From an uncultured Chitinophagales bacterium (GTDB taxonomy: Bacteria > Bacteroidota > Bacteroidia > Chitinophagales > JABDMM01), in the NCBI GenBank assembly GCA_963991145.1, contig CAXDOZ010000001.1, forward strand, positions 6,617 to 70,616: DNA of 64,000 nucleotides, written 5' to 3'. Below the pieces are notes generated by a model, which was not told the DNA's origin, did no database searches, and saw nothing but the letters and a program-made list of their open reading frames with translations. A program made the position numbers and the translations under genes. Shown piece after piece: positions 26,105-34,324 of the stretch (position 1 is its first letter; the number at the start of each line of letters is the position of its first letter).

Positions 26105-26971
26105 GTGAATCCTATATTCTTATTAGCAGTATCCCCTAGATCAGGAAGTAACTACCTCTTCAGGTTACTATCTCGTCACCCAGATATTTGTCCGACGGGA
26201 ATCACAGGAGAGGACTTTCTTTTACGTTACAGTGATTCCCTAATCAACCATATTGATAAAGTTTCTGGCAATTGGAAAGAGAGTTGGGGGAATAGCAAAC
26301 AGGAACTTCAGGATTGCATGGCAGAAGGATGGATCAATTTTCTTCTCCCCGAGAAGATCCGAGATGATCAAAGATTAATAACTAAGACCCCAATGCCCTA
26401 TGGGGCGGAAAACTTCTTCCGCCTGTTTCCCAAAGGACAACTTCTTATCATAATCAGAAATGGTCCAGATGCCGTGGAATCATACCAAAAGACATTTGAT
26501 AAGAGCTTTGAAGCCTCAGTTAATAATTGGGCTCTTGGAGCCAGGACGATTCTTGAGTTAAGAAAGAATCACGCTGCTCTGGAGAATAAAAGCTTTAAGA
26601 TCGTCAGGTATGAGGATCTGTATTCAAATACTTCTGATAGCATAAAGGAGATCTTTAGCTTCCTCAATCTTGACCCTTCAAAATTTGACATGGAAGAAGC
26701 CCTTTCACAAGGAGTTATAGGCTCATCATCCCAAAGAGACAAGGGAGAAGAAGTTTCATGGAAGCAGGAAGAGGTTAAATCTCCGGACTTTGACCCAACG
26801 AGCAGGGCAAAAAACTGGACCAATGCAGAGAGATCAAGGTTTGATTATCTGGCGGGAACTGAACAAGCAGAATTGGGATATTCAAAGCTTTTGGAAAGGA
26901 AGTCACCTTTGTTTTTGATACAGAATTGGGCAAAAAGTGCATTCATTCGCTTCGGCCTCTCTAAAGCTTGA
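26105..26971 (+). CDS. PAPS-dependent sulfotransferase (3 of 4)
   Basis: Motifs 'FLLAVSPRSGSNYLFRLL' (5'-PSB), 'LLIIIRNGPDAVESY' (3'-PB) and 'KIVRYEDLYSN'. The track start TTG 26045 overlaps the upstream gene by 55 nt. GTG 26105, 5 nt after the upstream stop, puts the P-loop at the N-terminus. Confidence 0.8.
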   Translation: MNPIFLLAVSPRSGSNYLFRLLSRHPDICPTGITGEDFLLRYSDSLINHIDKVSGNWKESWGNSKQELQDCMAEGWINFLLPEKIRDDQRLITKTPMPYGAENFFRLFPKGQLLIIIRNGPDAVESYQKTFDKSFEASVNNWALGARTILELRKNHAALENKSFKIVRYEDLYSNTSDSIKEIFSFLNLDPSKFDMEEALSQGVIGSSSQRDKGEEVSWKQEEVKSPDFDPTSRAKNWTNAERSRFDYLAGTEQAELGYSKLLERKSPLFLIQNWAKSAFIRFGLSKA

Positions 26972-27014
26972 TGATAAAGAAACCTTAGGGAGGCTTCCAG
27001 GGAATCTAATTGCA

Positions 27015-27022
27015 TATATTTG
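27015..27022 (+). promoter_or_regulatory. Candidate internal -7 box (TATATTTG) in the 76-nt gap upstream of gmd
   Basis: An exact TAnnTTTG match lies 26 nt upstream of ATG 27048. I found no convincing -33 TTG at the usual spacing. Confidence 0.3.
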
Positions 27023-27047
27023 TTGCCCCTCAAATGCACTATAGTCA

Positions 27048-28160
27048 ATGAAAAAGGCACTTATTACAGGAATTACAGGGCAAGATGGTGCCTATCTTGC
27101 CAAATTTCTCCTTTCAAAGGGATATGAGGTTCACGGAATCAAGCGCCGTAGCTCTCTTTTCAATACTGGAAGGATCGATGATATCTATACAGATCCACAT
27201 ACAGACAACCAAAAGTTCATTCTCCATTTCGGAGATCTTTCCGACAGTGGGAACCTGATTCGATTGGTTCAGGAGATCCAACCCGATGAGATCTACAATC
27301 TGGGAGCGATGTCTCATGTTAAGGTGAGTTTCGATATGCCGGATTATACAGCAAACGTAGATGCAGTTGGAGCACTAAGGATCCTTGAAGCAATTCGTCT
27401 GCTAAACCTTCAGGATAAAACAAGATTCTATCAGGCCTCTACTTCTGAACTTTATGGTAAGGTTCAGGAGATCCCTCAATCTGAAACAACTCCATTCTAT
27501 CCAAGGTCACCTTATGCAGTTGCTAAGATGTATGCCTACTGGATCACTGTGAATTATAGAGAGGCTTATGACCTTTACGCCTGTAACGGAATTCTTTTCA
27601 ATCATGAATCTCCACTGCGGGGCGAGACATTTGTAACGCGTAAGATCACTCGTGCAATCTCAAGAATTGCTTTAGGTCTTCAGAAGACATGCTATCTGGG
27701 AAATCTGGATGCCAAGAGGGACTGGGGACATGCTAAAGATTATGTAGAAGCCATGTGGTTGATGCTGCAGCAAGATGAAGCTGAAGACTTTGTAATTGCT
27801 ACAGGTAAAACAACTACCGTAAGAGACTTTGTTGTAGAAAGCTGCAAGCAAGTTGGATGGGAGATCGAGTTCTCAGGAGAAGGAGAGGCAGAAAAGGGTA
27901 AAGTGGTTTCTTCTAATAACCCGGATTATCCAATTGAACCCGGTACCGTGATCATTGAAGTTGATCCAGCCTACTTTAGACCAACCGAAGTAGATCTGCT
28001 ACTTGGAGATCCAACAAAAGCAAAGCAGAAATTGAATTGGGAACCTAAGTATGACCTGGCAGAGATGGTCAGGGAAATGATGGAATCCGATATCGATCTA
28101 TTCAAAAGAGAGAAACTATTACTTGAAGGAGGACATATCGTTCACGAGGTAAAGGAGTAA
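27048..28160 (+). CDS. gmd: GDP-mannose 4,6-dehydratase
   Basis: 370 aa with '[35 protein letters not shown]', '[12 protein letters not shown]' and '[17 protein letters not shown]'. Confidence 0.97.
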   Translation: MKKALITGITGQDGAYLAKFLLSKGYEVHGIKRRSSLFNTGRIDDIYTDPHTDNQKFILHFGDLSDSGNLIRLVQEIQPDEIYNLGAMSHVKVSFDMPDYTANVDAVGALRILEAIRLLNLQDKTRFYQASTSELYGKVQEIPQSETTPFYPRSPYAVAKMYAYWITVNYREAYDLYACNGILFNHESPLRGETFVTRKITRAISRIALGLQKTCYLGNLDAKRDWGHAKDYVEAMWLMLQQDEAEDFVIATGKTTTVRDFVVESCKQVGWEIEFSGEGEAEKGKVVSSNNPDYPIEPGTVIIEVDPAYFRPTEVDLLLGDPTKAKQKLNWEPKYDLAEMVREMMESDIDLFKREKLLLEGGHIVHEVKE

Positions 28161-28161
28161 A

Positions 28162-29142
28162 ATGGAATCGCTGAAGAATAAGAGAATACTGATTACAGGA
28201 GGAGCAGGATTCTTGGGAAAACATACGGTTGCTGCTTTTAAAAATGCCGGTGTAAAAGAAGAAGATATAATCATTCCAAGATCATCTGATTTTGATCTTC
28301 GATCGCTCGATAAAGCAAACGAACTAATTGAAGCAACTTCTCCGGATCTTGTAGTGAATATCGCTGCCAGACTTGGAGGAATTGGTGATAACAGAAGATA
28401 CCCCGCTTCATATTTCTACGACAACCTAATGATCGGGATCAACATGATCGAAGCCTGTCGTAAGCACCAAATTGGAAAACTCGTCAACATTGGGACTGTA
28501 TGTAGTTATCCCAAGATCCTTGAAGCACCATTCAAAGAAGAGGATCTTTGGAATGGCTATCCCGAAGAGACAAATGCACCTTACGGAGTTTCAAAAAAGT
28601 CGGTAATGGTCTATGGAGAGGCTGTTTATAGACAATATGGATTCAATAATGTAAACCTGCTTCTCACAAACCTTTACGGTCCCGGTGATGATTTCCGTGA
28701 AGCCACTTCTCATGTTATTCCGGCTATCATTAAGAAAATCGCAAATGCTAAGGATAATGGAGATGCTTTTATCGAAGCCTGGGGCGACGGCTCACCATCA
28801 AGGGATTTCCTTTACGTAGAGGATGCAGCACTTGCAATAGTAAAAGCCACCGCTTCACACGATGATCCTATGCCTGTAAATATTGGCGCAGGGAAAGAGA
28901 TCACTGTAAAAGAACTGATCGAGCTACTTGCAAAGTTGATCGGTTTTGATGGTGAAGTGAGATGGGATACTTCAAAGCCTAATGGGCAGCCAAGAAGGCT
29001 TCTTGATGTTTCAAAAGCAAAAGAAGGATTTGATTTTAGTTCTAATACAGATTTTGAAGACGGTTTGAGAAATACCATCGATTGGTACCTTTCAAACAGA
29101 TCGGAGATCGATCAATTACCTCCTAAATTTCAAATGGCATAA
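28162..29142 (+). CDS. fcl: GDP-L-fucose synthase (GDP-4-keto-6-deoxymannose 3,5-epimerase/4-reductase)
   Basis: 326 aa with 'ILITGGAGFLGKH', 'YPASYFYDNLMIGINMIEA', 'GTVCSYPK', 'NAPYGVSKK' and 'TNLYGPGDDF..SHVIPAII'. It starts 1 nt after the gmd stop. Confidence 0.88.
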   Translation: MESLKNKRILITGGAGFLGKHTVAAFKNAGVKEEDIIIPRSSDFDLRSLDKANELIEATSPDLVVNIAARLGGIGDNRRYPASYFYDNLMIGINMIEACRKHQIGKLVNIGTVCSYPKILEAPFKEEDLWNGYPEETNAPYGVSKKSVMVYGEAVYRQYGFNNVNLLLTNLYGPGDDFREATSHVIPAIIKKIANAKDNGDAFIEAWGDGSPSRDFLYVEDAALAIVKATASHDDPMPVNIGAGKEITVKELIELLAKLIGFDGEVRWDTSKPNGQPRRLLDVSKAKEGFDFSSNTDFEDGLRNTIDWYLSNRSEIDQLPPKFQMA

Positions 29143-30125
29143 TGGCTGATCAGAAAAGAGCACTTGTAACAGGAGGCGGAGGTTTTATTGGGTCTCACCT
29201 GGTGAAAAAGCTGAAGAAAGAAGGGTTTTGGGTAAGAGTAGCAGACTTGAAGTATCCTGAGTTTTCTCCTACGGTGGCCGATGACTTTATGCAGGGAGAT
29301 TTGAGAGATCAGGAATTCTGCGCAAGAGTCATAGATCAACCTTTCGACCATCTTTATACCCTTGCAGCTGACATGGGTGGGGCAGGTTATCTGTTCACCG
29401 GTGAGAACGATGCTGATGTGATGCACAACTCGGCGATGATCAATCTAAACGTGGCTCATTTAGCTGTAAAGCATAATGTTGGAAGAGTATTTTACTCCTC
29501 TAGCGCCTGTATTTACCCTGAATTCAATCAGCTTGACCCAGATAATCCAAACTGCGAAGAGAGCACTGCATATCCAGCTCAACCGGATAGTGAATACGGA
29601 TGGGAAAAACTGTTCAGCGAAAGGATGTTCCTGAATTTTGCAAAGAACTATGGGCTTGATGTTAAGATTGCCCGCTTTCACAACATTTTTGGACCTGAAG
29701 GAACCTGGACAGGAGGAAAGGAAAAAGTACCGGCTGCAATGTGCAGAAAAGTGGCAGAAGCAGAAGATGGTTCTTCTATTGAGGTTTGGGGGGATGGTCT
29801 TCAAACGAGATCATTTCTTTACATCGATGAGTGCCTTGAAGGAGTATGGAACCTTATGAATAGCGACAAATCCGGACCATTCAATATTGGTTCAGAAGAG
29901 ATGGTAAGTATCAATGAGCTCGCTGAAATTGTAATTGCTATATCAGGAAAGAACCTTTCATTAGATCACATTCCTGGTCCACAAGGAGTAAGAGGAAGAA
30001 CCTCGGATAATAAGCTCATTCAGGAGCAGATCGGCTGGAAGCCAAACTATCCTCTCAAAAAAGGACTGGAGAAGACTTTCTCATGGATCAATGAGCAGGT
30101 TCATGCTCATAGTACAAAGAGTTAA
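29142..30125 (+). CDS. gme: GDP-mannose 3,5-epimerase (plant GME-type; makes GDP-L-galactose/GDP-L-gulose)
   Basis: 327 aa, colinear with Arabidopsis GME as I recall that sequence: 'LAADMGGAGY', 'SSACIYPEFNQL' (catalytic Cys), 'SEYGWEKL' (Tyr), 'RFHNIFGPEGTWTGGKEKVPAAMCRK' (Lys), 'VWGDGLQTRSFLYIDECLEGV', 'HIPGPQGVRGRTSDN'. Confidence 0.85.
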   Translation: MADQKRALVTGGGGFIGSHLVKKLKKEGFWVRVADLKYPEFSPTVADDFMQGDLRDQEFCARVIDQPFDHLYTLAADMGGAGYLFTGENDADVMHNSAMINLNVAHLAVKHNVGRVFYSSSACIYPEFNQLDPDNPNCEESTAYPAQPDSEYGWEKLFSERMFLNFAKNYGLDVKIARFHNIFGPEGTWTGGKEKVPAAMCRKVAEAEDGSSIEVWGDGLQTRSFLYIDECLEGVWNLMNSDKSGPFNIGSEEMVSINELAEIVIAISGKNLSLDHIPGPQGVRGRTSDNKLIQEQIGWKPNYPLKKGLEKTFSWINEQVHAHSTKS

Positions 30126-30126
30126 G

Positions 30127-31305
30127 ATGACAGATAAGGGAATCCTTGGACATATTTTAAGGAAGTCGACCTATATCTGGCTTCATCTTGATATGGCTTT
30201 CTGTAAGACAGTAGCTAGAGTCTACGCTGCAATTCATGCGAAGAAGCCCAAGAAAGAAATTAAAAAAATTGCTGCTGTCTGGTATTGGCCAGAGAACTTC
30301 AATTCAGACGAATTGAGATTGGCCTATTGGGGAAAGTACTTCGAGAAAGACGGCTATCAATTTGACAATTTTAAAATTCTCGATGTAAAAGAATTTGTCG
30401 AGGAATATGAGAAGGGAACCTGGCCACAGAAGTACCTTTTCTACCGAAGAAACTACCTGAGACGTTGGAGGCAATTTTTTAAAATGAAGGATTACGATGT
30501 CGTTTGGATCGATCGTGCCTTCATGCCTTTTTATCCTTTTAAGTCAGCTGTTTATGAGCCATTGATCAAAAAGATGGGTGCTCATTTGGTTATGGATACC
30601 ACAGATGCATCTGACTATGAGAATAATCCGGATCTGGTTCTCTCAACGCTATCTCAGGCAGATAGAATTACGGCCGCATTTAAAAAGCTTGTAGAGTTTT
30701 ATCAACCCAAGTATCACAATGTTACTCGTCTAAATTGGACAGTACCTATTGAAGGATATGTTGTGAAGGATAATTGGAAACTAAAGGATCCGATCATCAT
30801 TGGTTGGATGGGCAGCCCGGGTAACTTTGAGTATTTAAGAGAAACCCTGGAACAGTTAAAGGAAGTAGCGAAAGAAGTCCCATTTACTTTTAGATATATC
30901 TGCAGGATCAAGCAGGATATTGATATCCCCGGAGCAACAATAGAACATCACTATTACGGAGATGATTATCACGATATCATTGGGACATTCGATATTGGAT
31001 TGGCTCCATTTACCAAGGTGTCTTTTGCCACAGAAGGTAAGATCGGAATGAAGCATCAGGAATTTATGATCTGCAAGATTCCGCAGGTTTGTAGTCCGGT
31101 TGCGATCTCTGAGCATGCTAAACATGAGGAGCATGTCCTTATCGCAAAGGATATAAGTGACTGGAAAGGCCTTATCTTAAGATTGCTTTCCGATGAAGAT
31201 CTAAGGACCAGATTGGGCAATAACAGCCGAGAGCTATTTGATGAGCACTATAATTATGACACCTGGTATCCAACTCTGAAGGAAGTCCTCACCGATTTTG
31301 ATTAA
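30127..31305 (+). CDS. GT-B-fold glycosyltransferase (GT4/GT1-like), paralogue of the 48164-49252 gene
   Basis: 'IIIGWMGSPGNFEYLRETLEQLKEV' and 'FDIGLAPF..GKIGMKHQEFMICKIPQVCSPV' parallel 'ITIGWTGSHSTLKYL' and 'IDIGLYPL..GKSGCKTITYMSIAIPSV' in the other gene. The track start 30091 overlaps gme. ATG 30127 lies 1 nt after the gme stop. Confidence 0.7.
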   Translation: MTDKGILGHILRKSTYIWLHLDMAFCKTVARVYAAIHAKKPKKEIKKIAAVWYWPENFNSDELRLAYWGKYFEKDGYQFDNFKILDVKEFVEEYEKGTWPQKYLFYRRNYLRRWRQFFKMKDYDVVWIDRAFMPFYPFKSAVYEPLIKKMGAHLVMDTTDASDYENNPDLVLSTLSQADRITAAFKKLVEFYQPKYHNVTRLNWTVPIEGYVVKDNWKLKDPIIIGWMGSPGNFEYLRETLEQLKEVAKEVPFTFRYICRIKQDIDIPGATIEHHYYGDDYHDIIGTFDIGLAPFTKVSFATEGKIGMKHQEFMICKIPQVCSPVAISEHAKHEEHVLIAKDISDWKGLILRLLSDEDLRTRLGNNSRELFDEHYNYDTWYPTLKEVLTDFD

Positions 31306-31311
31306 GAAGTA

Positions 31312-32418
31312 ATGGCAGACCGAATCCGAGTGCTTGTATATCCAAACTGGAAACGTGGAAGCGTTTACATGAATAAGCTGGAGGAAGCTGTTGAGGAGAA
31401 TGATATTGGCCTGGACTACACGAGTTTTCACGGAGCGATCTTCCCTCTTTCTAAGCAGTACATGAAGGGCTATCATTCAGTTCTTCAAATTCATTGGGTT
31501 AGTGTGCTCTTTGCCGCAGAAGTCAGGAACCCTGTTAAATTTTGGATAAGATACATTCTGGCATATCTCGACATCTGGTACGTTAGAAATATCCTCTCTG
31601 CCAAAATTGTATGGACAGTTCACAATCTTTATTCCCATGATGCAATCAGGAAAAACCTGGACCTTCGAGCGCGTAGATTTCTTGCTAAGCAATCTGATAT
31701 CCTTTTGTTACATGGACCCAGCGCTATCCCTCTGGTGACAGAAGCCTATAAAGTCGATAAGTCGAAATGCGTTTGTATTCCTCATGGAAATCAAAAAGGG
31801 GCCTTCCCCATGGAGATCTCCAAATTCGACGCAAGAGAAAAGCTCCAGATCGGTCAAAATAAAAAGGTGCTTCTGTTCTTCGGAACTTTAAGAAAGTATA
31901 AAGGGGTTGAGGAATTGATAGAGGCTTTTAAGTCAATTGATGATGAGAACCTCTTCCTGCTGATTGCAGGAAAGTGCCGAGACGAGTCTTACAGAAAAGA
32001 ATTAATGGGAATGGCAGATGATCGCACCTTGATCACTGACTCCTTTGTTCCGATTGATGAGGTTCAGGTATATATGGCTGCCGCGGATATTGTGGTCTTA
32101 CCGTTTAAAGAGATCCTCACTTCAGGATCGCTCTTGCTGGCAATGACCTTTGGAAAAATGATTGTGGCACCGAGGATGGGTACACTCCCGGATTATCTTC
32201 TGCCAGAAGGAGGTATTCTTTATGATGAGAAGAATGAAAACTTGAAAATTGCCTTGAACAGGGCAATGGAAATGGATACTGAGAAAGCGGGTGACTTTAA
32301 TAAAGAGAAAGTTGATCTATTTGACTGGGACAGAATTGGCGACTCAGTTGCCGATTGGTATAGAAAGCTGATCGATTCAAATAACCCTCATCCGAAAAAG
32401 AAGAATTGGTTCCAGTGA
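31312..32418 (+). CDS. GT4-family glycosyltransferase
   Basis: 368 aa with 'KKVLLFFGTLRKYKGVEELIEAF', 'LLIAGKC' and 'ADIVVLPFKEILTSGSLLLAMTFGKMIVAPRMG'. Confidence 0.85.
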   Translation: MADRIRVLVYPNWKRGSVYMNKLEEAVEENDIGLDYTSFHGAIFPLSKQYMKGYHSVLQIHWVSVLFAAEVRNPVKFWIRYILAYLDIWYVRNILSAKIVWTVHNLYSHDAIRKNLDLRARRFLAKQSDILLLHGPSAIPLVTEAYKVDKSKCVCIPHGNQKGAFPMEISKFDAREKLQIGQNKKVLLFFGTLRKYKGVEELIEAFKSIDDENLFLLIAGKCRDESYRKELMGMADDRTLITDSFVPIDEVQVYMAAADIVVLPFKEILTSGSLLLAMTFGKMIVAPRMGTLPDYLLPEGGILYDEKNENLKIALNRAMEMDTEKAGDFNKEKVDLFDWDRIGDSVADWYRKLIDSNNPHPKKKNWFQ

Positions 32419-33365
32419 TTGAAGGATTGAAATATCGGGTCTCTAAAATTCAGGGGAAAATTGAAGCCAAAAAGATCGCTTCAGAGTTCAAAGACCAGAG
32501 TTTGAGAACTCCCCCGGTTTTTATTTTGGGTGCCCCAAGAACTGGCAGTACGATCCTATACCAATTACTAAGTTCACAGGGCGATTTTTTTTATTTCAAT
32601 AATTATCTGGCTAAGAATCATCAAACTCCTGCAAAAGCTTTAAAGACCTTTGCAAGTAAAGGAGGACAATTTAAGCACGACTCTTTTAACTCCAAATTCG
32701 GAGAGACTTCAGGAGACAATGCCCCAAGTGAGGCTGGATACTTTTGGTACAGATGGATCCCAGAAGGACATCATGAATTGAAAAAATCCGATCTAAGTAA
32801 AGATGACCTGGACCAGATCTCGTCCTACTTTAAATTCTTTGAATCCCAATCTCAACTCCCGATCCTCATTAAGAACCTAAACATGGGATTGAGGATGGAT
32901 CTGATAAGGTCAATTCACCCGCAAGCAAGAATCATTCACATTGTAAGGAATACCCTTGACAACTCAAGGTCAATACTGAAGGGAAGAATTAAGTATGGGA
33001 ATTCAGAGGATTTTTGGTTTGGATCAAAACCCAATGAATGGCAGGACTGGCAAAATGGCTCAGTAGCCGAGCAAATCGTGGGACAGATTGAGTGGATGAA
33101 TAATTCTATCCTGAAGGGTGCCAAACAGTTAGGTGATGAGTGTTATTTGCGAATCCGATATGAGGATCTGGTGAAGGACACTGATTCCACGATCAAAGAG
33201 ATCAAGAACTTTTTAAAGAATGGAAACATAGAAATTGAGCATGGATTTCCATCTTTGAGCAAAGAATCCCAAAATGAAGAGCAGCTTGAGCTCTCTGATT
33301 TTGATAAAGAAGTAATTGAATTGGTTAAGAGTAAGGGTACAGAAAGCAATACCCTTTATCTATAG
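32415..33365 (+). CDS. PAPS-dependent sulfotransferase (4 of 4)
   Basis: Motifs 'VFILGAPRTGSTILYQLL' (5'-PSB), 'ARIIHIVRNTLDNSRSIL' (3'-PB) and 'LRIRYEDLVKD'. The track start is TTG 32406. GTG 32415 gives a GTGA overlap with the upstream stop. Confidence 0.8.
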   Translation: MIEGLKYRVSKIQGKIEAKKIASEFKDQSLRTPPVFILGAPRTGSTILYQLLSSQGDFFYFNNYLAKNHQTPAKALKTFASKGGQFKHDSFNSKFGETSGDNAPSEAGYFWYRWIPEGHHELKKSDLSKDDLDQISSYFKFFESQSQLPILIKNLNMGLRMDLIRSIHPQARIIHIVRNTLDNSRSILKGRIKYGNSEDFWFGSKPNEWQDWQNGSVAEQIVGQIEWMNNSILKGAKQLGDECYLRIRYEDLVKDTDSTIKEIKNFLKNGNIEIEHGFPSLSKESQNEEQLELSDFDKEVIELVKSKGTESNTLYL

Positions 33366-33382
33366 CTAATATCACCCCAAGT

Positions 33383-34324
33383 ATGAGCAGCCAGAACAGC
33401 CCCAAAAACTGGAAAGAAGAATACATCAATAGTGCCAGGGATGATTGGTATCTCTATCATCAACCATACTATTTAGATGCAGTTACAAATGGAAACTGGG
33501 ATGTAGTTAGATTCCCGGAAGAGGGTCAGGCAAAGGCTTTTTTACCCTATGTGACGAGGAAAGAGAGAGATGGCAATGCTATTGTCATGCCTCCCTACAC
33601 TGCATTTCTAGGCCCTGTTTTCCTGGAAGATCTTAGTACCTCCAAACAATATGCTGCCATTGAAGGCCTGTTGGATAATTTGCCTGATTGTCCTTTCATT
33701 GAGCAGAGATGGAATCCATCGATTGAAAATTGGCTGCCTGCTTATTGGAAGAATTTCGAACAGCAGACCAGGTACACCTACATTATTGACTGCCCCGGAG
33801 ATGAAGAACAGATCTGGAAAGAGATCTCATCCAAGAAGCGAAATGCGATCCGTAAGGCAGAAAAGAATCTGACAATTGAAGAGGCGCCCAAAGATGTACT
33901 CCTAGAAAAGACATCATGGATGGCCTTCCTGAATCACGATAAGAATGCCCTTTCAAATATCATTGATACTCTTGGTGAGCGAGGTCAAATGAAGATCCTG
34001 GGAACAAAGAATGATCAGGGAGAGTGGAGTAATCTGGCCCTGTTTGTTTGGGATAAGAGCAGGATGTACTATTTGGTTGGCTTGAGAGATAATTCTAAAA
34101 AGGACGATGAAGGGATGAATCTTCTCCTTTGGACAGCCATGAAAGATGCACCTGAAGGAATTGAGATATTCGATTTCGAAGGAAGCATGATCAAAGGAAT
34201 TGAGACCTTCTTCAGATTGTTGGGAGGGAAGCCGCAAGCATATTTTCAGATCTCAAAGTCATTTTCCAGATATCGTAACTTTAGAAAAGGAGTTTCATTC
34301 CTGCTCAAAGCACTAAAGGGTTAA
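33383..34324 (+). CDS. FemAB/Acetyltransf_6-like GNAT-fold acyl- or aminoacyl-transferase (VimA-like candidate)
   Basis: 313 aa with 'IWKEISSKKRNAIRKAEKN' (typical of the FemAB-related/CelD-like family), 'LALFVWDKSRMYYLVG' and 'NLLLWTAMKDA'. Confidence 0.6.
   Translation: MSSQNSPKNWKEEYINSARDDWYLYHQPYYLDAVTNGNWDVVRFPEEGQAKAFLPYVTRKERDGNAIVMPPYTAFLGPVFLEDLSTSKQYAAIEGLLDNLPDCPFIEQRWNPSIENWLPAYWKNFEQQTRYTYIIDCPGDEEQIWKEISSKKRNAIRKAEKNLTIEEAPKDVLLEKTSWMAFLNHDKNALSNIIDTLGERGQMKILGTKNDQGEWSNLALFVWDKSRMYYLVGLRDNSKKDDEGMNLLLWTAMKDAPEGIEIFDFEGSMIKGIETFFRLLGGKPQAYFQISKSFSRYRNFRKGVSFLLKALKG

Noticed and set aside
30091-30126. N-terminal extensions offered by the ORF track (30091, 41622, 48125, 26045, 18110, 14482, 20762, 32406, 35634).
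   Set aside because: Several of these are TTG codons translated as M (checked at 26045, 18110, 14482, 20762, 32406, 35634), and 26045, 18110, 14482, 20762 and 32406 overlap the upstream gene, as do the unchecked 30091, 41622 and 48125. In each case an ATG or GTG lies within about 0-10 nt of the upstream stop, or forms an ATGA/GTGA overlap (for 35634 simply the adjacent ATG 35637). That start places the family's N-terminal motif at its normal position.
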